Below, piece after piece: positions 19,159 to 28,735 of a DNA stretch of 59,835 nt (position 1 is its first letter; each line of letters starts with the position of its first letter). The stretch is from the NCBI GenBank assembly GCA_964591245.1, contig CAZPZZ010000001.1, positions 1 through 59,835 on the forward strand, read 5' to 3'. This DNA comes from an uncultured Vicinamibacteraceae bacterium (lineage in GTDB: Bacteria > Acidobacteriota > Vicinamibacteria > Vicinamibacterales > UBA8438). The translations under genes were made by a program, and so were the position numbers. Below the pieces are notes generated by a model. The model had not been told where the DNA came from. It ran no database searches and saw only the letters and a list, made by a program, of their open reading frames with translations.

Positions 19159-21174
19159 ATGCGTATCTGTGTTGCGGTCGTGGCGTACGGAATACTGGCT
19201 AGTTCGGTCACCGCCCAGCCCGGCGCAGACTGGCCCGTGTACCTCGGGGACGCTGGTCGACGCCACTACTCAGCCCTCGATCAGATCACCCGGGACAACG
19301 TCAGCACACTCGAGCTTGCCTGGATCTACAACGCGGGTGAACTTCGGGGCAACCGTTCGACCATGTACACGAGTCCACTCGTCATCGAGGGTGTACTGTA
19401 TGGTCTCTCACCACGTCTTGCCGCGTTTGCGCTTGATGCGTCGACCGGCGCGGAGTTGTGGCGCTTCGATCCAGGAGTGCCGGGAGCCGCCCAACGGGGT
19501 CTGATGTGGTGGGAAGGTGAGGGTGGCCCTCGTCTGTTCTACACAGCAGGAAGCGTACTCCTCGCCATCGATCCCGAAGACGGCACTCCGATCACGACAT
19601 TTGGTGACAATGGCCAGCTTGAACTCACCCCGGACGGTCCAGGACGCTATATCGCCGTCACCGTGCCAGGGATTGTCTTCGAGAACACACTTATCCTCGG
19701 CTTCTCCACAACCGAAGGGTCTGACGCGTTCCCGGGGTCAATCCGCGCCTTCAGCGTCCATGACGGAACACTCGTGTGGCAGTTCGACACCATTCCCGCC
19801 CCCGGTACGCCGGGCGCCGAAACATGGACCGACGAGGGATCCCTGGCGCACGCCGGCGGAGCGAATGTCTGGAGCGGTATGACACTGGATACAGAGCGCG
19901 GCCTTCTCTTTGCGCCGACAGGCTCTGCCACACCAGACTTCTACGGTGCCGACCGTCTTGGCGACAACCTCTACGCTAACTGCCTGCTCGCGATCGACGC
20001 ACGCACCGGTGAGCTCCGGTGGCACTATCAGGTAGTCCGGCACGATCTCTGGGACCGTGACAATCCTTCACCCCCCACTCTCGTTCAACTGGAACGAGAC
20101 GGCAGGACCATCGATGCCGTCGCCTTGACGACCAAATCAGGCCATCTGTACGTCTTCGATCGGGAAACCGGTGAATCGATGTACCCGATTGTGGAAGTGC
20201 CCCAACTACCCAGCACACTGCCGGGAGAGGTGCCCGCCCCCAGTCAACCCTTCTCGGAGGTTGCATTCAGTCGACAGACCTTTGAAATTACGGAGCGGAA
20301 TGAGGCTGCACGACGCTTCGTAGAAGAACAGATCCAGGACTGGGATCTTCGAACAGGAGCGCCGCCTCGGGTTGGCACGGTGTTACTACAACCCTGGTAC
20401 GATGGGGGCGCCGAATGGGGAGGATCAGCATATGATCCAAACACCCATCAACTGATTCTCAACGCCAATGATGTACCAGGAGTACTGGAACTGACAGAAG
20501 TACCGGCCGGGTTCAGCGACTATGGTTTCTACGCTCAGCGTTGTGGCAGCTGTCACGGCTTAGACCTCGAAGGCACCGAAACTGCTCCACCTCTACTCGG
20601 AATACGCGACCGTTTAAATACCGAGGCCATTCTCGCTCTCCTGCGAGACGGTCGGGGACGGATGCCGGCCTTTGCCGACTTCGATGACGCCGAGCGGCAG
20701 GCCATCCTCCGCTACATCTCCCAGACCGAACCGGAGCGGGACGAACCGACAGACGAGGTCACGTACGTCCTGGGCGGCTATGTCTACCTTCGCGATCATG
20801 AAGATCTCCCAGGTAACACACCTCCCTGGGGCACATTGAACTCGATCGACCTCAACACCGGGGCTATCGACTGGGCCATCCCGTTTGGGAATTATCCGTC
20901 GCACCCGGACCTCGGTTATGGCGCCGTGAACTATGGGGGCCCCGTCGTCACCGCCTCAGGACTCATCTTCATCGCAGCGACTCCTGACAGGATGTTTCGC
21001 GCTTATGACACGCGAAACGGAGAATTGCTGTGGGAGACAGAACTGTCGGCAGGCGGGTTCTCGACTCCCGCAATCTACAATGTTCAGGGAAAACAATTTG
21101 TCGTGATTGCAGCGGGCGGTGGTCGAACGGGGCCACCCTCAGCCGCAGACTACTACGCCTTCAGTCTTCCGTAG
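19159..21174 (+). CDS. PQQ-dependent dehydrogenase (glucose/sugar-DH-like) with internal cytochrome c domain (quinohemoprotein)
   Basis: DWPVYLGD, TSPLV, GANVWSGM, HDLWDRD, GGAEWGG, an inserted CGSCHG...GRGRMPAF heme domain, PPWGTL and GGFSTP. Confidence 0.85.
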   Translation: MRICVAVVAYGILASSVTAQPGADWPVYLGDAGRRHYSALDQITRDNVSTLELAWIYNAGELRGNRSTMYTSPLVIEGVLYGLSPRLAAFALDASTGAELWRFDPGVPGAAQRGLMWWEGEGGPRLFYTAGSVLLAIDPEDGTPITTFGDNGQLELTPDGPGRYIAVTVPGIVFENTLILGFSTTEGSDAFPGSIRAFSVHDGTLVWQFDTIPAPGTPGAETWTDEGSLAHAGGANVWSGMTLDTERGLLFAPTGSATPDFYGADRLGDNLYANCLLAIDARTGELRWHYQVVRHDLWDRDNPSPPTLVQLERDGRTIDAVALTTKSGHLYVFDRETGESMYPIVEVPQLPSTLPGEVPAPSQPFSEVAFSRQTFEITERNEAARRFVEEQIQDWDLRTGAPPRVGTVLLQPWYDGGAEWGGSAYDPNTHQLILNANDVPGVLELTEVPAGFSDYGFYAQRCGSCHGLDLEGTETAPPLLGIRDRLNTEAILALLRDGRGRMPAFADFDDAERQAILRYISQTEPERDEPTDEVTYVLGGYVYLRDHEDLPGNTPPWGTLNSIDLNTGAIDWAIPFGNYPSHPDLGYGAVNYGGPVVTASGLIFIAATPDRMFRAYDTRNGELLWETELSAGGFSTPAIYNVQGKQFVVIAAGGGRTGPPSAADYYAFSLP

Positions 21175-21194
21175 TGCGCAACACCCAGTAACCC

Positions 21195-21219
21195 GTAGGG
21201 GCGGTCTTCTGGACCACCC
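21195..21219 (+). repeat. GTAG-type REP-like palindrome
   Basis: GTAG followed by GGGCGGTC-ttctg-GACCACCC, an 8-bp stem with one C-A mismatch; intergenic. Confidence 0.45.
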
Positions 21220-21242
21220 GAATTCACCAAAGTGAGGTCGAC

Positions 21243-22283
21243 ATGAACCTGCATCGCTCGCCCCGTCTCATACTGCTCCTCGTGCTGACTGTAGTCTCTA
21301 TCGTTGGGACCATGGTCGCCGCGGAACGGTCCGCGTCAACCATGACCTCTGCCGCCGAAGCGTTTCTCGAAAGCCTGACACCAGACCAACACGCACAGGC
21401 CACCTTCACCATGGCATCCGACGAGCGGGAAAAGTGGCACTTCATCCCCACCGAGATGTTTCCGCGTAACGGCTTGACGCTCGGTGAAATGAACGACGAG
21501 CAGCGCGCTCGGGCCCACGATCTACTCAGTGCCGGTCTCAGCCAGCGGGGATATCTGACGACGACCGCCGTCATGGATCTCGAAGCTGTCCTCCACGAAA
21601 TCGAGCAGGGCGGCCGCATGGAACGCAATCCGGAACTCTACTTTTTCTCCGTCTTCGGTACCCCCTCGAAAGAAGGAGCATGGGCCTGGCGCGTAGAGGG
21701 CCATCACCTCTCGCTTCACTTCACTATCGTGGACGGCAGTGCGGTTGGCACATCGCCGAACTTCTTCGGCTCAAATCCTGCCCAAGTACGCTCTGGGCCA
21801 AAAGCGGGACTCCGCGTACTACGAGAGCGAGAGGACTCCGCCCGCACACTCGTCAACGCGCTCGATTCGGCACAGCGCGCCGAAGCAGTGATCGACTCAG
21901 TCGCCCCCAGCGACATCCTGACCGGCGCCGAACTGAGCGTCGACCCACTCTCCCCCGTGGGTGTCAAGGCGTCCGATCTCTCCACAGAGCAGCGAGGGCT
22001 GCTGATGGGAATTCTTGAGAGCTACACGTCCATCATGCCCGACGACATCGCCAGCGAGCGGATGGCCAGTATCCGTGAGGCCGGAATCAACGATATCGGA
22101 TTTGCCTGGGCGGGACACACGGATCGCGGAGAACAGCACTACTATCGGGTTCAGGGACCGACATTCCTGATCGAGTATGACAACACGCAGGGCGATGGGA
22201 ACCACGTACACTCGACCTGGCGTGATTTCACCGGCGATTTCGGGCGAGATCTACTACGGGAACACCTGGCCACGTCGCACTAG
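21243..22283 (+). CDS. DUF3500 family exported protein
   Basis: WHFIP, RNGL, YFFSVFGTP, WRVEGHHLSLH, PNFFGSNP, YYRVQGPTFLIEYDN and NHVHSTWRD...DFG. Confidence 0.88.
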   Translation: MNLHRSPRLILLLVLTVVSIVGTMVAAERSASTMTSAAEAFLESLTPDQHAQATFTMASDEREKWHFIPTEMFPRNGLTLGEMNDEQRARAHDLLSAGLSQRGYLTTTAVMDLEAVLHEIEQGGRMERNPELYFFSVFGTPSKEGAWAWRVEGHHLSLHFTIVDGSAVGTSPNFFGSNPAQVRSGPKAGLRVLREREDSARTLVNALDSAQRAEAVIDSVAPSDILTGAELSVDPLSPVGVKASDLSTEQRGLLMGILESYTSIMPDDIASERMASIREAGINDIGFAWAGHTDRGEQHYYRVQGPTFLIEYDNTQGDGNHVHSTWRDFTGDFGRDLLREHLATSH

Positions 22284-22302
22284 TGCTATCACGTCCACCC
22301 AG

Positions 22303-22339
22303 ATTGCAGGGGCGTGCCTCCCAGGCAGGCCCCTGCAAT
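22303..22339. terminator. Long GC hairpin between convergent genes (bidirectional terminator or REP-like)
   Basis: ATTGCAGGGGC / GCCCCTGCAAT 11-bp stem, then a G-G mismatch, TGCCT/AGGCA and a CCC loop; no poly-T tail. Confidence 0.55.
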
Positions 22340-22431
22340 GACATCGTTACCTGTCTACACGCCAGGTTTTGTGCCCCGCGCTGCCAGAGACGCACGTGCG
22401 ACGCCCCCAGTGCAGGAGCACGCTCTCTCCC

Positions 22432-23856
22432 TCAGGCGAGAATATCGTCAACCACAACTCCGGCCACGTCGGTGAGCCGGAAATCCCGTCCCTGGTACTG
22501 ATAGGTCAGTCGCTCATGGTTGAGCCCGAGCAGATGCAACATCGTAGCGTGCAGATCGTGGATGTGCACCTTGTTTTCCACTGCGTAATAACCGTAGTCA
22601 TCTGTCTGTCCGTAGCTGTACCCAGGCTTCACGCCTCCCCCAGCCATGAACATGGTGTAGCCATGAGGATTGTGGTCCCGACCATTCCTTGCTCCAGCCT
22701 CTGCCCCTGGCGTCCGACCGAACTCGCCCCCCCAGAGCACAAGCGTTTCATCGAGTAATCCCCGAGACTTGAGATCCGTGATCAAGCCGGCCACCGGTTT
22801 ATCGATCTCTGCGCAACTGCGTGGCAGGCCGGTGATCAACCCGGAATGATGATCCCACTTTGTATCCGGACCGTGGGTTGCCTGCACGAATCGCACACCG
22901 GACTCGGAAAAACGCCGGGCCATGAGACAGCGGAGACCGAAGTCGCGTGTCACCGGATCGTCCAGGCCATACAACTGTCGCGTGGCCTCTGACTCCCCGT
23001 CGATGCTCATCAATTCCGGCGCCTCGGTCTGCATGCGAAAAGCCAGTTCGAACGACTCGATACGCCCCTCAAGGTTCAGATCCGGACCAGTCGATTCGAG
23101 CTGACGACGTTGCCAACGCTGCAATAGATTCAGCTCAGCCCGTTGCACCTCGGATGACACCGCCTGATTGTTCAAGAAGTCGATGGTCGCATCTTCCGTC
23201 TTCATCCGGGTCGTGCCAATCGACGTGCCGTTGTACGGCGCTGGCAAGAACGCAGCGGAATAATTTTGAACACCACCGTGCTGATACGAGGGACAGATCG
23301 TGATGAAACCAGGAAGATCATCGTTCTCGGTTCCCAACCCGTACGAGATCCACGACCCCATGGAAGGCCGTACAAAACGATCGCTCCCTGTATTCATCGC
23401 CAAGATGGCACCACCGTGCGCAGCATTCGTGCCATACATCGATCGAATGAAACACAGGTCGTCAACAACTCCTGCTACATGCGGCAACAATTCGCTGACC
23501 CAGGCGCCCGATTGACCATGTTGCTGAAAATCCCACGGACTCTTGAACAAATTACCTGTCTCGTTGAACTGCACATCCGGCTTTGCAAAGGGAAGTGGCT
23601 TATTGTCGTCTCGAATGAGCAACGGCTTGTATTCGAACAAATCGTGTTGCGACGGACCGCCGTGCATGTGCAAAAAAATGACACGCTTCGCCCGGGGTGC
23701 GAAATGTGGGGATTTCGCATCCAAGGGATTCGTCTGCGCTGCGAGAAGATCACGCTGAAGCAGCGACGAGAGTGCAAGCCCGCCGAACCCGCAACCGCAA
23801 GTCTTGAGCATGTCCCGCCGGGTCCGCGCCGGTGGCTGGTAATGCGGAAACTTCAT
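22432..23856 (-). CDS. DUF1501 family protein (planctomycete type, Tat signal)
   Basis: TRRDMLK Tat motif, AKRVIFLHMHGGPSQHD, RPSMGSWISYGLG.EN, FELAFRMQ, WDHH, GEFGRTP and GRDHNP. Confidence 0.9.
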   Translation of the reverse strand: MKFPHYQPPARTRRDMLKTCGCGFGGLALSSLLQRDLLAAQTNPLDAKSPHFAPRAKRVIFLHMHGGPSQHDLFEYKPLLIRDDNKPLPFAKPDVQFNETGNLFKSPWDFQQHGQSGAWVSELLPHVAGVVDDLCFIRSMYGTNAAHGGAILAMNTGSDRFVRPSMGSWISYGLGTENDDLPGFITICPSYQHGGVQNYSAAFLPAPYNGTSIGTTRMKTEDATIDFLNNQAVSSEVQRAELNLLQRWQRRQLESTGPDLNLEGRIESFELAFRMQTEAPELMSIDGESEATRQLYGLDDPVTRDFGLRCLMARRFSESGVRFVQATHGPDTKWDHHSGLITGLPRSCAEIDKPVAGLITDLKSRGLLDETLVLWGGEFGRTPGAEAGARNGRDHNPHGYTMFMAGGGVKPGYSYGQTDDYGYYAVENKVHIHDLHATMLHLLGLNHERLTYQYQGRDFRLTDVAGVVVDDILA

Positions 23857-23865
23857 ATCGCGCTC

Positions 23866-26800
23866 CTAATCCAGGTAGATAAACTCGCTCGCACCAAACA
23901 TCACATGGCATAGGCGGGTCCACGCGAAGACCTTATCCTCCTCGTCACGAGGGGCCACGGACTGCATCTCCGCGAGAAAACCAAGGGCATCGTCGATTTC
24001 CTGTTCTGTCGGAGGCCGCCCATAGCTCTCGACAAACCCTGCCTCGATACGTTCAGCCTCGCTCGAAAATTCCCTCGCCAACAAGCGGCCTGCGAAGCGC
24101 CCCGCCTGCTCTTCCACGAACGCACTATTCATCATGAGTAAGGCTTGTGACGGGACTACCGTCGTTGGCCGTGCGCCCACCGAATCGCTCGCATTCCCGA
24201 AATCAAACCCGGCAAAAACGTCGTAGATAGCGTTACGCACGACCGGCATGTACACCGAACGGCGCGGCGCCGCGTAAAAGTTGAAACTACCGAACGTGTT
24301 CCCCTCGCTGAACACATACCCAGTCGGGTCATACTCCTCTACACGGCCCCCCATCGTGAGGTCCAACGTTCCCGCAAGCTGCAACAACGCATCACGAATC
24401 GGCTCCACCTCAAGTCGTCGCCGATTCATACGCCAGTGCAATCGATTCTCTTGATCGACCCTCGCATTCACGTCGCTGTAGGCGGTACTGAGTCGATACG
24501 TACTCGATAACAGAATCTCTCGGTGCAACGCCTTGACCGACCAGCCTCCTTCGATGAACCGTCTCGCGAGCCAATCCAGCAGCGCCGGATGTGTCGGCGT
24601 GGCTCCGGTAGTTCCGAAATTGCTCGGCGTCCCCACCAGCCCACGGCCAAAATGCCAATGCCAAATCCGGTTAACCATTACCCGTGCCGTCAGCGGGTGT
24701 TCCGGATCAGTGATCCATCGTGCCAACTCGAGGCGCCCGCTACTCCCCGTCGGGATCGTAGGCGGCGCTACGATGTGATCGGTCACCCGCAAGAATCCTC
24801 GAGGCTGCGGGGACTCCGCCAGATTCAGGTGGCTTCCCCGAATGTGGACCGGAAGGTCGACCGCCTCCCCCTCCTGGACCGACATCGCATAGGGCGGCTC
24901 TGGCGGTGACGCGGCCTTCCGCTCGTCCACGATCGCGCGCAACTGAATCAACTCGCGAACCGCAGCATCCGCATAGCGTGTCTCCTCGGTCTCTTGGTCC
25001 AGACACACAACACACAGACGCCCGTCATAGATCAAACGTCGCAGCTCTTCGAGTTCGCGCGGCAAGCGAAAATCAGCCGGCGTGAGCTCCGCCTCGTCCC
25101 TCAGTCCGAGGCGTCCTAGATGCTCGGCCCAGGCGATCTCGACCATCGCAAAAAGACCCGCATAGCGCCAGGCAACCTCTTCAAGGCTTGTCGGGACTGG
25201 CCCACGGACAAGGCTCCTGGTCAGCGGAGCAATCAAGACCTTCTCGGAGGCTATGAGCCCTCGTAGCTCTTCAGTCACCTCGCCAAAGCGCGATGGAGGC
25301 GCTGCCGCGTACGCATTCCAGATCTGAAACACGACACTTGGGTTAGCGCCATCCCCCTGCACCGGTGGCCCTTCCCGGTACTGATAGAACGCCTCAACCC
25401 ACCGCTGGATCACGGTGGGTTCAAGGTCCTCCCGGCTCGCCACCCTAGCGATCTCTGCCACCGCACGTTCCTGCTCGATGTCGGTAGCGCCCCACGTGGG
25501 ATACACCTCCTCCGCCGCGAGAAAATACCGCGCCAATGCATCCCGCCGCGGCTGTCGAAGAATCAAATTTTGCGCCGCAACAAGATCGTCGACGACGGTC
25601 TGCGCCTCGTCGACTAACGCTTGCGCCTCCTCGTAGGCTTCGACCGTCTTCTCCGTAGCCAGCGCTCGTTCTACCCACCGCCGACCACCTTCTCTGGCCA
25701 TGGTCTTGGTCGAACGCATGATGCCAGCCAGGGCGTAGTAATCGGCGGTCGGAATCGGATCGAATTTGTGGTCATGACATCGGGCACACCCGATCGGTTC
25801 CGCCAGAAAAGCCCGCCCCACGATGTTGACCTGTTCGTCGACGATATCGATCAACATCTTGTCGACATCCTGTTCCGCCAACACCTTGGCCCCCAAGGTC
25901 AAGAACCCGGTCGCGGCAAGACGTCCGAATCGTTCCAACTCGTCGTCATTGGCGGAACCAGTCAGCAAATCTCCCGCAATCTGCTGCTGGACGAAACTGT
26001 CGTAGGGCTTGTCCTCGTTGAATGCCCGGATAACCCAATCACGATAACGGAACGCATTCGGGTGAGAGACGTTTTCGTCGAGACCATTCGAATCGGCATA
26101 GCGCGCCACATCCAGCCAATGCCGTCCCCACCGCTCGCCATACCGCGGCGATGCCAGCAACCGATCCACCACACGTTCGTATGCGCGCGGGCGAGTATCG
26201 GCGAGAAAACGTTCAACCTCTTGCGGGGTGGGTGGCAATCCCGTGAGGTCGAAGGTCACACGGCGAAGTAACTGGCGACGACTCGCCGGAGCCACGGGCA
26301 CCAAACCGTCAGCTTCAAGACGCGCCAAAATGAACCGGTCGATAGGTCCCCGAGACCAGGCCTCGTCCTGTACGCGAGGAAGTTCAGGGTGGGTCATCGG
26401 CCTGAACGCCCAGTGCTCGCGCCCTGGGCCAAAGTCATAGTCGCCCTCACTCGCCGACCGAACAGCCACCACGGGCACATCGGCAGTCCGGGGATCGGGC
26501 GCACCCCGACTGACCCACCGTTCGAAGTCCGCAACGACCGCCGGCGGCAACCGGCCATCTGGCGGCATCTTGATTGGGCCCTCATAACGGATGGCGTCGA
26601 TCAGCAGACTCTCGTCAGGCACACCCGGCACGACAACGGGCCCACTATCCCCGCCGCTACGCACCCCGGCGGCATCGACCAGTGCCAGCCCTCCCCGAAT
26701 GCGCTCGAGATCACCACCATGACACTGGTAGCACCGCTCGACCAGAACGGGACGAATCTTGGACTCGAAATGCTCGAGATCTTCAGCCGACGGCTGCTGC

Positions 26801-26907
26801 CCACGTGAAAACGCGGGAAAAGCAAGTGCCAGCAGAAGAACGACGAACATACTCGAACCAAGCCCAGCAAACACCCGCCCACTCCTAAATAAGGTCTTGA
26901 TCTTCAT
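23866..26907 (-). CDS. Planctomycete cytochrome c / DUF1549 / DUF1553 (PSD1) domain protein
   Basis: FESKIRPVLVERCYQCH (PSCyt1), HWAF, RRVTFDLTGLPPT, YGERWGRHWLDVARYAD, CARCHDHKFDP, HPLTARVMVNRIW and RRRLEVEPIRD. Start placed at ATG 26907 (alternative 26850). Confidence 0.88.
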   Translation of the reverse strand: MKIKTLFRSGRVFAGLGSSMFVVLLLALAFPAFSRGQQPSAEDLEHFESKIRPVLVERCYQCHGGDLERIRGGLALVDAAGVRSGGDSGPVVVPGVPDESLLIDAIRYEGPIKMPPDGRLPPAVVADFERWVSRGAPDPRTADVPVVAVRSASEGDYDFGPGREHWAFRPMTHPELPRVQDEAWSRGPIDRFILARLEADGLVPVAPASRRQLLRRVTFDLTGLPPTPQEVERFLADTRPRAYERVVDRLLASPRYGERWGRHWLDVARYADSNGLDENVSHPNAFRYRDWVIRAFNEDKPYDSFVQQQIAGDLLTGSANDDELERFGRLAATGFLTLGAKVLAEQDVDKMLIDIVDEQVNIVGRAFLAEPIGCARCHDHKFDPIPTADYYALAGIMRSTKTMAREGGRRWVERALATEKTVEAYEEAQALVDEAQTVVDDLVAAQNLILRQPRRDALARYFLAAEEVYPTWGATDIEQERAVAEIARVASREDLEPTVIQRWVEAFYQYREGPPVQGDGANPSVVFQIWNAYAAAPPSRFGEVTEELRGLIASEKVLIAPLTRSLVRGPVPTSLEEVAWRYAGLFAMVEIAWAEHLGRLGLRDEAELTPADFRLPRELEELRRLIYDGRLCVVCLDQETEETRYADAAVRELIQLRAIVDERKAASPPEPPYAMSVQEGEAVDLPVHIRGSHLNLAESPQPRGFLRVTDHIVAPPTIPTGSSGRLELARWITDPEHPLTARVMVNRIWHWHFGRGLVGTPSNFGTTGATPTHPALLDWLARRFIEGGWSVKALHREILLSSTYRLSTAYSDVNARVDQENRLHWRMNRRRLEVEPIRDALLQLAGTLDLTMGGRVEEYDPTGYVFSEGNTFGSFNFYAAPRRSVYMPVVRNAIYDVFAGFDFGNASDSVGARPTTVVPSQALLMMNSAFVEEQAGRFAGRLLAREFSSEAERIEAGFVESYGRPPTEQEIDDALGFLAEMQSVAPRDEEDKVFAWTRLCHVMFGASEFIYLD

Positions 26908-27037
26908 GTGCAACCGCAACGGTACTTCAGACCAACCGGAAGAAGAAACCACCAAATCACCACAAGGCCGAATGAGAAGACGGTATGCTAATCGCACGAC
27001 GTAACGTCCCGACCCAACCGCTAACGGAGAACTCGAC

Positions 27038-28672
27038 ATGATACGACTCGTTCTCGCCCTTGCCCTGGTCGCTTGGGCGGCTCCAGGACTCGCCCAAACA
27101 AGTAGTTCGCAAGCCAGCGCGTCACCAGTTCTTTCACCGGTGACCTGGGAACGTCTCCTCAACGCCGCTGACGAACCGCAGAACTGGCTGATGTACTCCG
27201 GCACGCTCGATAGCCAGCGCTACAGTGGTCTGGAACAGATCCACAATCGCAATGTCGGCGCACTCGAACTGAAGTGGGCGTATCAGATCCCACAACTGGA
27301 CCGCGCCGAAACCGTACCGCTCGTGGTGGACGGCGTGATGTTCATCACCGAGGCCCCCAGTAACGTGGTCGCCGTAGACGCGACCACCGGGCGCCAGTAC
27401 TGGCGCTATGACCACCCTCTCCCCGACGACCTTCGCATCTGCTGCGGCCGGAACAACCGTGGCGTGGCCATTCTCGGTGAGACGCTCTACATGAGCACCC
27501 TCGACGCCCACCTCGTCGCCATCGATGCGAGGAGCGGAAACCTGGTCTGGAATCGTGAAGTCGCCGACCACCGATCCGGTTACAGCAAGACAGCGGCTCC
27601 GCTGATCGTGAAGGGCGAGGTCGTCACCGGGATGGCTGGCGGAGAGTATGGGGTTCGCGGGTTCATCGACTCCTACAATGCCGAAACTGGCGACCTTGAG
27701 TGGCGAGCCAATACGATTCCCGGCCCGGACCATCCGGACAATCAGAGCTGGGCCGGCGACTCGTGGCGCACCGGCGGTGCCGCGAGCTGGATTACGGGAT
27801 CGTATGACCCGGATCTCGACCTCGTGTACTGGGGTACTGGAAATCCCGGTCCAGACTGGAATGGAGACGTCAGACTTGGCGACAACCTCTATTCCGATTC
27901 AGCACTGGCTCTCAATCACGAAACTGGTGGGCTTGAGTGGTACTTTCAGTTCACGCCCCATGACGTGCATGACTGGGACGCAATCCAGGTGCCCATCCTG
28001 GCAGACCTGACGTTCGACGGCGAAGACCGTAAGGTCATGATGTGGGCAAATCGCAACGCCTTCTTCTATACGCTGGACCGTGAAACGGGAGAATTCCTGC
28101 TGGGCACGCCCTTCGCCAAACAGACCTGGGCCGTCGACCTCGACTCCAATGGCCGACCAATTCGGGTGCCAGACACGGCGCCAACCCCGGAAGGCACCCT
28201 GGTCTCACCGCCCGTCGTCGGCGGTACCAACTGGTTCTCACCGGCGTACAGTCCGCGCACGGAGCTCTTCTACGTCCAGGCCTACGACGGCGAAGACATC
28301 TACTACAAACGGGACGAAGATTACGTGGAAGGCGACCAGTTCACAGGGGGAGGATTCCAGCGACCGCTTCCGGTGGAAAACTACGTCAGCGCCGTACGAG
28401 CCATTGAACCGCGAACGGGGGCGCTCCGGTGGGAGTATGAAATTCAGCCGCGGTCAACCGGGGGAATGCTCGCAACGGCAGGAGACCTTGTGTTCAGTGG
28501 GAGCGTGGATGGGTATTTCTTCGCCCTCGACGCCGTGAGCGGTCAAGAACTCTGGCACATGAATGTGGGGCGCATGGTGCACTCGGCACCAATTTCATTT
28601 GCGGTTGATGGTCGACAATACGTGACCATCGCAGCCGGAAATGTCGTATTCACATTCGGGTTACCGGAATAA
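27038..28672 (+). CDS. PQQ-dependent alcohol dehydrogenase (methanol/ethanol family), candidate lanthanide-type
   Basis: NWLMYSG, ETVPLVVDG, vicinal CC in CCGRNNRG, GGEYGVRG, GTGNPGP, HDVHDWD, NRNAF and GGTNW; signal peptide; upstream GGAGA. Confidence 0.9.
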   Translation: MIRLVLALALVAWAAPGLAQTSSSQASASPVLSPVTWERLLNAADEPQNWLMYSGTLDSQRYSGLEQIHNRNVGALELKWAYQIPQLDRAETVPLVVDGVMFITEAPSNVVAVDATTGRQYWRYDHPLPDDLRICCGRNNRGVAILGETLYMSTLDAHLVAIDARSGNLVWNREVADHRSGYSKTAAPLIVKGEVVTGMAGGEYGVRGFIDSYNAETGDLEWRANTIPGPDHPDNQSWAGDSWRTGGAASWITGSYDPDLDLVYWGTGNPGPDWNGDVRLGDNLYSDSALALNHETGGLEWYFQFTPHDVHDWDAIQVPILADLTFDGEDRKVMMWANRNAFFYTLDRETGEFLLGTPFAKQTWAVDLDSNGRPIRVPDTAPTPEGTLVSPPVVGGTNWFSPAYSPRTELFYVQAYDGEDIYYKRDEDYVEGDQFTGGGFQRPLPVENYVSAVRAIEPRTGALRWEYEIQPRSTGGMLATAGDLVFSGSVDGYFFALDAVSGQELWHMNVGRMVHSAPISFAVDGRQYVTIAAGNVVFTFGLPE

Positions 28673-28691
28673 CCACGCCACCGCACAATAC

Positions 28692-28728
28692 AGAGAGCCC
28701 GACCCCCACGAGGAAAGTCGGGCTCTCT
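28692..28728. terminator. Hairpin between convergent genes (probable bidirectional terminator)
   Basis: Perfect 12-bp stem AGAGAGCCCGAC / GTCGGGCTCTCT with a 13-nt loop. Confidence 0.65.
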
Positions 28729-28735
28729 CATCTCT

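Noticed and set aside
26907-27204. ORF-track start of the PSD1 gene at 27204
   Set aside because: It would overlap the divergent PQQ-ADH start at 27038, and the signal peptide begins further downstream.
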